From Octopus sinensis (lineage: Eukaryota), in NCBI RefSeq assembly GCF_006345805.1, contig NC_043003.1, forward strand, positions 89,218,001-89,282,000: 64,000 nucleotides of DNA. The letters are read 5' to 3'. The stretch's first letter is position 1; the number at the start of each line of letters is the position of its first letter. The notes under the pieces were generated by a model. The model worked only from the letters and a program-made list of their open reading frames with translations. It was not told where the DNA came from and did not search any database. Made by a program: the position numbers and the translations under genes. Below, piece after piece: positions 11,797 to 23,178 of the stretch.

Positions 11797-12364
11797 TACA
11801 TATGCTTATCAGAAGCGATTTCAGGTCATCAGCATCACTCAAGCTCATCACAGATTTCACATGACATTTGAAGAATTTCATATTTTTCGGTAAATTTTCA
11901 GAGTAACACCCACACGATTTTCACTAAGGAAAAAAAAAAAACTCTGATTTTTTGCGTGGAATCAAGTACCTTGACCTTGTAATATGCTGCAAATCCCATA
12001 TTTTGGTCCAGAATTGGTCTGGAAGGTGGTGGGAGAGCACCCACCCCAGAATTTTTGCCATGGAAAAAATTTTTTTTTAAATTCGGATTTTTTGCGTGGA
12101 ATCAAGTATTCTGACCTCCTTACCTGCTACAAATCCCTTATTTTGGTTTGAAAAAGAGGGGGCGAGACGGGGAAACCCACCCCGTCTTGGAAAAATTGGA
12201 AATTTTTTTTTCCGCTGAATGAATTCTTGACACCCTAATATGTTACAAAACCCTTTTTGCGGTTCGAAAAACGGGGTGGGGTGAGATGGAAGCTTCGGAA
12301 ATTGTACCCAATCTCAACATTTTACAGAAATAAAATTTCCAGTGCGTGAATTACATGGTTCGTT

Positions 12365-12654
12365 ATCTTTATATATAAAAGTGAAGTTGTGTGTCTGTTT
12401 CCTACAATTTAGATTCCTAACTACTCCCACATTTTGCGGTGCAGTTTAACCAAAACCGGGTATCTTATAGTTGTGATTCATATCGAGCCCTTCTAGGTAT
12501 TGGCGCGCGTCTACGATGAGTCTACGATTTAAAAAAAAATTTACCATAATTTTTTTTCCCATTTTTAATGCATTTTTTGCTATTATATAAGGAAGGTTAC
12601 TCTCTAAAAATGCTTATATAGTTATTTCCCTTACAAACCCGAGGAACTGCTAGT
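12365..12654 (-). mobile_element. Non-autonomous Helentron/DINE-like element (reverse copy of the 15744-16118 family)
   Basis: Reverse complement matches 15744-16118; ends ACTAGC... and ...ACAGACACACAACTTCACTTTTATATATAAAGAT. Confidence 0.75.
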
Positions 12655-13081
12655 TAAATATATATAATATTGTGTATATTTGGTGTGTAAATATATATAC
12701 ATATATATAATAGCGTGTGTGTAGACAGGTAAAATGTAGACATATACATACATACATACGTATATATATATATATATATCTAATGGCATGGGCAAGACTT
12801 CCTTTTGTACCCCCCCCCCAAACCCCCACCTTTATTTATTTCTTTTTTTCAACACAAACCCCTGTTTTCGGTTACGGAGAATACCAATCTGCTAGGGTTT
12901 GAGGTTTTAGGGATAGGGAAAATGTCAGAAATGAATGGTGGTCGTGGTGGAGGGTAAATTTCAAAATGCAAAAATAATGGGAGGAAGTCTTTCCAGTAGC
13001 GTGCATATGTAGTATGTATGTAGAGAGGTAAAAATTTACTTCCCTCTTCGCTGTAAAAAAAAACCGGATTAATTCTCAACA

Positions 13082-13830
13082 AAACATCATATCTATAAAA
13101 GGAAGGATGTGCGTGCGCGCGCCGTGTACGCGGTTGTAATTTATGCACATCCACAAATTAGCACGCATGTCACTCAAATTTTAGGAAGACATTTGTCAAC
13201 ACGTATCTGGGTTTTGTCAACTTTTTTTTTCCCCGAGGCACCCATGGATAGCGTAAATATCTATTTTCAGGCATAGCTTTTAGCCATAAAACTATCGGCC
13301 ATTGCTTTTTGACCGCGTCTAACAAAAAAAAAATAAGATAAAGAAAAGTGGAAGGAGGCAGAGAGTTTCACGGGAAAGACAAAGTGAGAGAGGGAGAGAG
13401 AAAGAGAGCAAGTGATGACGTTCATAAAAAATAAAATGTAAAATGTTTTGTTTCTTGTTTTTGAAAGACACACTATATTTTATAATCATAGTATATATAC
13501 TTTCTCACACAACAATTATAATATATTTATTTTAAATCGTTCATCTTTCTCCCCCCTCTCTCTCTCACACACATTACTTTGGGTGCGAAAGAGTTTTTTT
13601 TTTTACGCCGAGTAAAAAACTGTTTTGTTGACAATCCATTTATTTAACAACAAAAAAAACAAAGAGGTGAGTAAAAATTTGTCAGTGAATTACACAATAT
13701 AAATGGGTACAATTTGCGAGTCTTCCACCACACCCCACCCCACTCCGTTTCACGGACTACAAAAAGGGTTTTGAGGCCACAGTAGTTGATTCCATGCAAA
13801 AAAAAAAAAAAACGAATATTTTTCTTAGTG
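13082..13830 (-). mobile_element. Probable Helentron-like non-autonomous element
   Basis: Minus strand ends '...gcacgcacatccttccttttatagatatgat', resembling the Helentron-like 3' ends elsewhere in the window; other boundary uncertain. Confidence 0.4.
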
Positions 13831-13984
13831 AAAATTGTGCGAGTGTTAATCTACAAATTTAACAATATTTTTTCCATTCATTTCTGTTTATGAACATGTA
13901 TGCGTGCACAAAGCATGCAATAGGTGTACGTACGTACATGTGTGTTCGTGTCTGTTGCCCATATATATTTATATTATATATAAA

Positions 13985-15540
13985 TGATGTGAAAAGTGAC
14001 ACCGACATCAGTTTCGGATCACAACATAATAGAGCTGTCTATGTTTGGGCCGAAAGTAACCAGAGACATACAGCCTAAAGGATGCACCCGAAATCTCTCC
14101 AATCTGAACTTCCACAAAGCAGATTGGAAATCGATCCAAAAAGAGATCCTCAGAGAGGACTGGCCGGAATGTCTCTCCACACCAGACATTGACATGAAAC
14201 TAGAATATTTCATTCTTCTGTGCAAGCCGTATGCCAGAAATATGTCCCAGAGCACAAGGCCAAAACAAATAGGAGCAAGATTCCAAGAGACAGGAAGATC
14301 CTCATGAGACGACGGACGAAGGTTGCAAATCGTCTCAACCAACATCCCAAAAGTAGCGAAACGTCCCGCCTAAAAACAACACTGATGGAGATCGAAAAAA
14401 GGCTGCAACAATCCTATGTGAAGGAGAAAGCAGACAAAGAAGCCTGGGTTATAAAAAACATTAAATCAAACCCAAAGGCCTTCTTTCATTACGCGAAAGA
14501 AACAGTCTCAGTGCACTACAAGATAGGACCCCTCCTCCAAAAGGATGGCTCCCTCACAGACAGTCCAACTATGATCAGTGAGATGCTGAATGACCAGTTC
14601 AAAAGTATCTTTACCACCCCGTTGGAACATAGACAAGTGAACGAACCAGTGGATTTCTTTGCCGCCTCACCTATAACCAGCGAGGCAGTTACAATAGAAT
14701 GTATTAACATTAGCGAAAAAGATGTCCTACTAGCCATAGATGAAGTGGACACAAACTCAACTGCTGGTCCTGATGGTTTCTCAGCAATCCTCCTCAAAGC
14801 GTGTAAGCATGCCCTGGCAAAACCCCTCAAGATTCTCTTCCAGAGCTTTCTTGCGAATGGCAAACTGCCAAGCAAGCTGAAGGAGGGAATAATATGCCCA
14901 ATACATAAAGGGGGAAGTAGAGCAGATGCCAAAAACTATAGGCCTATCTCTCTGACTTCACACATCAGCAAAGTCTTGGAACGGATAGTCAGAAAGAAAC
15001 TAATCGCATTCCTTGAGGAAAATAACTTGCTGAGTAATACCCAGCATGGTTTTCGACCAGGTAGGAGCTGCCTGACCCAGCTCTTACAGCAATATGACTG
15101 GGTGTTGAGGCAGTTACTCAACAAATCAAATGTGGACGTAATCTACCTTGATTTTGCAAAAGCTTTTGACAAGGTGGATCATGGTATGATATGCCACAAA
15201 CTACGTAACCTCGGCATAGCTGGAAAACATCACGCTTCAGGACCAGCTTCTGCAACAGCCTGGGTTTCAAGGGCCCACAGCTTTTTAATATTCTCCCAAA
15301 GAGTCTGAGGAACTTGCACAAAGTAGATGTAGCGGTTTTTAAATCAAAGCTGGACATCTTCCTGTCAAGAGTCCCAGATGAACCTACCTCACGGCAAGAG
15401 GTGCAAATGAGAGTAGCTGTATCAAACTCCATTCTTCACCAAGTGCCACATATTAGACGAGGTACATCGTAATAACAGTGTAGCACAAAACGGCGTTGCA
15501 TCAGCATGGCTGCAGCTCTGAGCTGAAACTAGATAAAAAA
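13985..15540 (+). mobile_element. CR1/L2-group LINE fragment, 5'-truncated with internal RT deletion
   Basis: APE end SDHNII; ORF 14220-15308 with GPDG, NYRPISLTS, QHGFRPGRSCLTQLL, YLDFAKAFDKVDH; jumps at ~15228 to the C-terminal GPQLFNILP..LRNL..KLDIFLSRVPDEP; A-rich end. Confidence 0.9.
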
Positions 15541-15743
15541 GAGTTTTGAGGTGAGAGTAGATGATTCCAATTTTTTTTTGTGAAAATCGTGCGAGTGTTA
15601 ATCTACAAATTTAACATTTTTTCCATTCATTTCTGTTTATGAACATGTATGCGTGCACAAAACATGCAATAGGTGTACGTACGTACATGTGTGTTCGTGT
15701 ATGTTGCCCATATATATTTATATCATATTATATATATATAATA

Positions 15744-16118
15744 TACTAGCAGTATCGCCCGGCGTTCCTCGGGTTTGTAAGGGAAATAACTATATAAGCA
15801 TTTTTAGAGAGTTATAGTCAAAAAATAGAAAAAAATGATGGTAATTTTTTTTTTAAATCGTTCTCATCGTAGACATTTTTAGAGAGTTACTTCCCTTATA
15901 TAATAGCGAAAAAATGCATTAAAATGGAAAAAAATTATGGTAATTTTTTTTTAAATCATAGACTCATCGTAGACGCGCGCTAATACCCAGAAGGGCCCGA
16001 TATGAATTACGACTATAAGATACCCGGTTTTGGTTAAACTGCATCGCAAAATGTGGGAGTAGTTAGGAATCTAAATCGTAGGAGACAGACACACAACTTC
16101 ACTTTTATATATAAAGAT
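15744..16118 (+). mobile_element. Non-autonomous Helentron/DINE-like element
   Basis: Starts ACTAGC with subterminal inverted repeat CCCGG..TCGGG, ends ACAGACACAC...TTTTATATATAAAGAT in AT-rich sequence. Confidence 0.75.
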
Positions 16119-16296
16119 ATAATATATATATAATACTACTAATTTCAATGGATTTCGCCCAAATTTGACATCTATATTACTTAGTTTGGTTTGAAATAAA
16201 GAACTTGATTAGCTTAATAATCGTAACTTAATCCCGGGCAAGGCCGAGTTATGCTGTTAGCATGTATATATATATGTATGTATATATATATGTATA

Positions 16297-16674
16297 CTCT
16301 TTTACTTGTTTCAGTCATTTGACTGCGGCCATGTTGGAGCACCGCCTTTAATCGAGCAACTCGACCCCGCGACTTATTCTTTTGTAAGCCCAGTACTTAT
16401 TCTATCGGTCTCTTTTGCCGAACCGCTAGGTAACAGGGACATAAACACACCAGCATCGGTTGTCAAGCAATGCTAGGGGGACAAACACAGACACATATAT
16501 ATATATGTACATATATACGACGTGCTTCTTTCAGTTTCCGTCTACCAAATCCACTCACAAGGCTTTGGTCGACCCGAGGCTTATAGTAGAAGATACTTAC
16601 CCAAGGTGCTACGCAGTGGGACTGAACCGGAACCATGTGGTTGGTAAACAAGCTACTTACCACACAGCCACTCC
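16297..16674 (-). mobile_element. tRNA-derived SINE
   Basis: Reverse complement of the SINE at 56716-57112; A box TGGCTGTGTGG, B box GGTTCAGTCCC. Confidence 0.85.
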
Positions 16675-16693
16675 ATGTATATATATATATGGT

Positions 16694-16724
<31 letters not shown>

Positions 16725-16735
16725 GTATGTATATG

Positions 16736-16780
<45 letters not shown>

Positions 16781-16927
16781 GCATATATAGGATGCAAAGG
16801 ATTACTGCAAAATCCTTTGCATCCTGTTTTTTCTTTTGATAAATATATCCTATTACCTACACCACTAGCTGGCATATACAGGTGCTTACAGTTATCAAGT
16901 ATTCAGCCTGAATATTTCGTACCTATA

Positions 16928-16967
<40 letters not shown>

Positions 16968-17039
16968 GCATGGAAGGTGCTTATAAACCATTTAATAAAC
17001 ACTCAAAACCGTTAGATTCACTTCAACATATAAATTTGA

Positions 17040-17090
17040 TTTGTCAAAATATTTTCGTCGCTTTGAGACCGCGACCTGTTCACTGACAAA
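17040..17090 (-). ncRNA. Minimal type I hammerhead ribozyme, G3-C8 variant
   Basis: Minus strand UUUGUCA-GUGAACA-G-GUCGC-(GGUCUCAAA)-GCGAC-GAA-AAUAUU-U-UGACAAA: 7-bp stem I, 5-bp stem II, palindromic stem III. Confidence 0.75.
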
Positions 17091-17091
17091 G

Positions 17092-17147
<56 letters not shown>

Positions 17148-17930
17148 AAGTACTGGGCTTACAAAAGAATAAGTCGCGGGGTCGAGTTGCTCGATTAAAG
17201 GCGGTGCTCCAACATGGCCGCAGTCAAATGACTGAAACAAGTAAAAGAGTATACATATATATATACATACATATATATATATACATGCTAACAGCATAAC
17301 TCGGCCTTGCCCGGGATTAAGTTACGATTATTAAGCTAATCAAGTTCTTTATTTCAAACCAAACTAAGTAATATAGATGTCAAATTTGGGCGAAATCCAT
17401 TGAAATTAGTAGTATTATATATATATATATTATATATAAAATATAATATAAATATGTGGTTGGTTTTCGGAAGGGCGTCCAGCTGTAGAAACACTGCCAG
17501 ATCAGACTGGGAGCCTGGTGCAGCCTCCTGGCTTCCCAGACCCCGGTCGAACCAAGCCATCTGCTACTACCTGTTGCTAGGCTGATACCAACAACATGAA
17601 CTGTGAACCGAATTCCATTGTTATTTCTCTGGTCAGCACCTTTTATGCCTCACGAACACACAGACACAAAAACATGCTAACACTTACAAACTTCCAACCA
17701 ACATGATTGTAAAATATGTAGAATAAATAATGTATATATCTCAAAAAGAAATCTTGTTGTCATTCCACTTATGTTCAATTGCCACTGTATGTATTATCTG
17801 GTCTGTAATACTTCATTAAGAATGGGGTCGCGTGCGATTGTATTCCCTATACGATACGACCGCATGTGATCCTATTTTTATACTAGCATGGAAAACGGAC
17901 GTTAAACCATGATGATGATGATATGTATAT

Positions 17931-18160
17931 ACTAGCAGAGTTACCCGGCATTGCCCGAGTTACACACAATTGAAGAATTAGACTTTTCTGTTATATTTTC
18001 TGTAATGAACTGGAATAGCAATGTTTTGAATTTCATCAGGAGTGCAGATGAGAGTTATTTCTCTCTTTACACACCCAAACAAAGTTGTAATCGTGCCAAA
18101 TAATTTTTATGCGCATATTCCAAAATTCCAGTCTTATAGAACCTGTTAAAAGGATTTTGC
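17931..18160 (+). mobile_element. Left end of the Helentron-like family seen at 38368-39845
   Basis: High identity to 38368-38630 ('actagcagagttacccggc.ttgcccgagttac'). Confidence 0.75.
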
Positions 18161-18870
18161 TCTTGAAGAATGGAGGTCACGTAGCTCTAAAATGTGAGAG
18201 TTAAGGCCCCTATTGGGGGTGGGCATCTTAATGTCAACCAGAGAAGTTGAATTGTTGAGAATCTTTTTAACTTGGGTCTTATATCTATTGTTTGAATTTC
18301 TTTGAAATAGGAAATATATGTTCACTGGGTTTGTAAAAGAGAGCAAAGCTACAGGAAACCAAAAGACGAATGATCACAATAAGCAGTCAGCTACAGTACC
18401 CTAGTCGTTACCACTCCCAATGTAGTATTCCTCACCATGCAGCTATATATACAGCTATACACACACTCACAATTGCGTATACATATGTGTACATGTATTT
18501 GTGTGTATATTTTCGCTTTGCATTTATATGTCTGTATATGTATGTGGTCTGCGCACATCTGTGTATTTTGATGTATACATGTATATTGATGATTTAGTAT
18601 GAGTGTGAAATATTTCAATTTTTATGTATTAATTGTATTAATCGAATTATATTTTCTACATGATTAACAACGATATGTACTTGAATCAACTCTTCGATTT
18701 AAGGTTTTTCCTCGATTTTTATAATTTTATATTGAACTCATTTATTTTGTTTTGTTTATTTTGTTTATCGCTCGCATATGACCGTTATTTGAAAGGTCCA
18801 ATGAAACAAATCCATTTTTAAAGGTGTATCGTTTATGCTAGTTTTTATCAAATTGTCATCTCGGTTCTAT

Positions 18871-18929
18871 TTTAACAAAACTGTCCGACGAACGGGAACG
18901 TGAAACTCCGAGTAACAGCTTTTGTTAAA
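18871..18929 (+). ncRNA. Type I hammerhead ribozyme, U4C core variant
   Basis: UUUAACAAAA-CUGU-CCGACGA-ACG(GGAA)CGU-GAAA-CUCCGAG-UA-ACAG-C-UUUUGUUAAA: stem I 4+10 bp, GUA cleavage triplet. Confidence 0.75.
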
Positions 18930-19237
18930 TTTATATATATGCATGCCAACCCACTCGTCTATATAATGAATGATTAATGCAGGGTGTGAAGGTGTAGCTG
19001 CTCGACTTTACAAAACTTACAAATTTGATGCCCACTAATTATATACCTGGCATGTTCCTGTTTCCACTTATATACTGGCACTTTTCTCCGTTTACTTGCA
19101 CGCGCGCGCGCGCACACAAACACACTGATGGTTTTCAGAGTTGCGATCAGTCTGGCTTAACAATTCTGCCTGCTCACCACAACAATAATAATTAATGATA
19201 ATAATGCTTTCTACTATAGGCACTGTGACGTTTGTAG

Positions 19238-22200
19238 TGTTATGGGCTGTGATGAGCTATGTGGTGTAGGTAGAGAAGATTGCAAATGAGGTAAACGGAA
19301 GTGAGGACTTCAGGGGCCGGTGGAAGAGTCACGGGGGCAGGCGTGGGCAAAGAGCACGTGGGGCAGTTCAATAAGAGATGGCGAGTGTGGAAGGAGATGT
19401 TTTTCTTGACGATAAGGACAGTGATCGCTCATCCCACCTTGGTCAACAGGTAAAGTCTCTGTATTTCTTTCTCCCTTTTGCTTCTTTTTCTGTTGTCTTT
19501 TTCCTCCATCACCCAACAGGCTATTTCGGCCCATAACAAAAAAAAAAAAAAATTACGTATGTTCAGTGTAGTCCATATTTCAAACGATATGATCAAACCA
19601 TTTGGCGGTGACACAGATGTAGTTACTTGGTTGAAGAAGATGAAGTTGGTTGCGAAACTCCACGGGATAAACGACTTAGCAAGTTTTATACCGCTATACC
19701 TAGATGGTTCGGCATTGGCGCTATACCTAGAAACAGATGGAATGTTCGAAGCGTACGCTTGCCTGGAGAAAGTAAAGTGGATCGGCGAACAGGTCGACGT
19801 ATTTGTCAACGAACTCAGGAGATTGGCTAAACTGGTGGGATATGAAGGTGAATCACTGGACCGGACGGTCAAGTTAGCATTTGTGATTGGCTTTCCTGAC
19901 CACATGTTGGTCGAGTTGCAAAAGCTGCCGAATGTTAACTCAATGGCGATGGCAGATATTATAACTCGGGCTTGCGTGCTAGTTTCGTGTTGCAGGATGA
20001 CGTCGGTAGCAGCAACTGCAGCAACGAAAAGTGGCCAAGCAAGGAGTAGTGGAGAGGGGTCAAAGAAAGAACGTGTGCGACCATTCAAAGGACAGTGTTT
20101 CTAGTGTCAGGGCCCGCACATGGTGTGAGAATCCAAGTCACCCAAGCTTGAGGTCATTTGCTACCGGTGTCGAGAAACGGGTCATATTGCCAGCGAATGT
20201 CTGCAGGGAAACGGTCTAAGGGAGACTACTGCTCCGGTAGTTATCCCTTTGGATCAATAGATGCACGTTTATCATTACCTGTAGTCGACATTCTGGTGGA
20301 GGGGAAGATGTCACGAGCCCTTGTGGACACGGGCTGTATGATGACCCTGATAACTCCAGAAGTGGTAGAAACGTGGAGTGGAGAAAGCAGTGTAAGGGCA
20401 GTCGACGTAAGAGAGGTACACTGTGAAGGCATTACAGATGCACAGATTGTGGTGCAGGGAACAAAGCTGACGCTGCAAGCAATTGTAGTTGGCCACTTGG
20501 TGGACGAGATTGACGTGGTGATGGGGATGGATGAAATCTCCCGTTTAGGGGGTGTCACTGGAAGGGAGAGCCCCCGACGTGAAAAAAATAGAGTGGGCTG
20601 TTATCAGCATACTCTGAAAGGAGATGCCACAAGTGAGTTCGAGGGGGAGGTGGATTAAGGAGGGCATATTAATCCTTTGGGTAGAAGTAGTAGAGAGCAG
20701 AGTCCTGCTGCTGATGGCGGTGGTTCAGCCCACAAAGCATAAGGTCAGGCCAGTGCTTGACTTCCAAGAATTGAACGACCACGTATCATGTCATACAGGC
20801 GGCGAGGCCACAGATGTCTGCGGAGACACATTGTGAGAGTGGAGGCAGATGACAGGGACCTCCACGGTCGTCGATTTGAAGTTGGCATACCTGCAGGTGC
20901 ATGTGGCTGAGAGACTGTGGAAGTACCAGCTTGTCAGGTATAAGGGTCAGACATACTGTCTGACCAGGCTGGGGTTCGGGCTAAATGCAGCACCAAAGAT
21001 TATGACAGCAATTCTCAAGGTCATCCTGGGAAAGGTGGACAGTAAAAAAGGGCTACCAATTCGTATATTGATGACATCCTGGTGGATAAAACTGTAATGC
21101 CAGCAACGGAGGTCATAGGCCACCTGAAGAGTTTTGGACTGATCACCAAGCCACCAGAGGCAATGGAAGGTGGCGCTGCACTGGGCCTCAAGCTATGGAG
21201 AGACAAGGGCTGCGCATTGGTGTTCTGGCGAGGGAACGAGATCCCTGAACTGGGCACCAGCATGAGTAGATGGGAACTGTTCTCAGTGTGTGGGAAGCTG
21301 ATGGGACACTACCCAATTGCAGGTTGGCTCTGGACAGCATGTAGCTTCATCAAGAGATGAGCCAAAGGAGTGAAGTGGAACGATAGAGTGGGGAAGACGA
21401 CTGACAGGATGCAGGAAGTCTTGGTCGGATTGAGAGCAGAGGATCCAGTGAGGGTCAGTTGGTATGTTCCCAAATCAAAGAGCAGGATCGTATGGTATGT
21501 CGCCAGTAGCATCGCAATAGAGGTTGTCTTGGAAGCGGGAGGCGTCGTGGTGGAAGATGCAGCCTGGCTCAAGAAGATGGATGACTGCATGTGGTGGAGT
21601 TGGATGCCGTGTTGAAGGGAGTGAACCTAGCCTTGAAGTGGGGGCTGCACACCATAGAAATTAGTACCATTTCGGCCCTAATTTCTGTACTTGGTTGGGT
21701 GATGGCAGTCATCACCAATGAGTGGAGGGTGTAAACCAAAGGGGCTGCAGAGATGTTGATTGGGGACACTGCATGAACTAGACGTCCTGACCATGGTAAA
21801 GTGAGCCTGGTTGCAGGTGCTAGAGGATGCAGAGCAGGCTGTGGCTGCAGTATGCCATCTGAGTGACTTTGAGTTGAGGAGATTGCATACCATGCATCAC
21901 ATGGGGGTGGACAGGACGTTGTTCCTAGCCAGGAAAATCGACTCTGATGTAACAAGACAGAGCATGCAGAGAGTGGTTAGCAACTGTGACAGGTGCCAGT
22001 CCATCGACCCTGCTCCAGGTGTACATGGGGTGGGAAGTATTTCAGTGGACCAAAACTGGAAACAACTGGCAGTGGACATAACATACTACTGGCAGGGGAC
22101 ATACCTCTCAATGGTTGACTGCGGACCAGGGCAGTTGGCCATATGGAGGGAGATGAAGACGGGGACTGCAGAGGAAATCTTGAAAGTATTAAATGAGATA

Positions 22201-23178
22201 TTCCAGGAACGAGGCCCCGTGGATGAGCTGCTTCTGGATAATGGCACTGCATTTCACTCGGAGGTGCTGAAAGAAATGCTTGATGGGTGGCAAGTCAGCC
22301 TCTTCTTCAGGGCAGCATACCAGCCAAGCGGAAATGAGGTCGTGGAAAGGCATCATCGTACAATCAAGATCATTGCAGAGAGGGGCCACATTTCACCAAT
22401 TGAGGCCATATTTTGGTACAATATGTCACCCAGGTCAGGACAAGCTGAGGAGTCAGTGCCACACAGGGCAATATTCAGGTACGAGTAGAGTCATCTGTGT
22501 ACTACATCAATGCGACCCGGGGCAGAGAAAGAGCATGCCTTTGTGTAGGTCTGGGAAGAAGTTTGGGTAAAACCCCTAAATGCATGGTGTACATCATGAT
22601 GGGGAAAAGGAACAATAATCTCCATCAATTTGAAGAACAACATCTCTGTCAATGGTGTACCACACCATGGTTTTGGACATGCGGAAGATTGTCCATGCCT
22701 CAGAGGATGGAACTAGCAGCAGTGGGCAAGAAGATGAAGACAGCAGCGATAGGCAAGATGATGAAGCCAGCAGCAGCATGCCAGGAACTCAGCCTAGTCC
22801 CGGCGACCCCTCCTCCCTGGTTGGCTGATTATGAAACCAGTTAAGGTGTGAGTAGCGAGTGGGAAAGCCGGTTGAATGATCTGTAGATCGGGGGGGGGGG
22901 TTATGGGCTGTGATGAGCTATGTGGTATAGGTAGAGAAGATTGCAGATGAGGTAAACGGAAGTGAGGACTGCAAGGGCCGGTGGAAGAGCCACGGGGGCA
23001 TGCGCGGGCAAAAAGCACGTGGGGCAGTTCAATAAGAGATGGCGAGTGTGGAAGGAGATGTTTTTCTTGACGATAAGGACAGTGATCGCTCATCCCACTT
23101 GGTCAACAGGTAAAGTCTCTGTATTTTTTTCTCCCTTTTGCTTCTTTTTCTGTTGTCTTTTTCCTCCATCACCCAACA
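19238..23178 (+). mobile_element. Compact Gypsy-order LTR retrotransposon, copy B (sister family of A, unrelated LTR)
   Basis: LTRs 19238-19518 and ~22899-23178 (TGTT...AACA), poly-G PPT at 22890-22900, TSD GGCAC (19219-19223, 23179-23183); gag, LVDTGC, VRPVLDFQELN, integrase HHMG/CDRC/DNG/VERHH. Confidence 0.95.
19519..19530 (+). promoter_or_regulatory. Non-canonical primer-binding site of element B (GGCTATTTCGGC)
   Basis: Directly after the 5' LTR; pairs with tRNA-Phe nt 1-12 by 11 Watson-Crick pairs plus one G-U. Confidence 0.75.

Noticed and set aside
11805-11850. Minus-strand CTGATGA...GAAA
   Set aside because: Only 3 nt between the core halves, so no stem II; not a hammerhead
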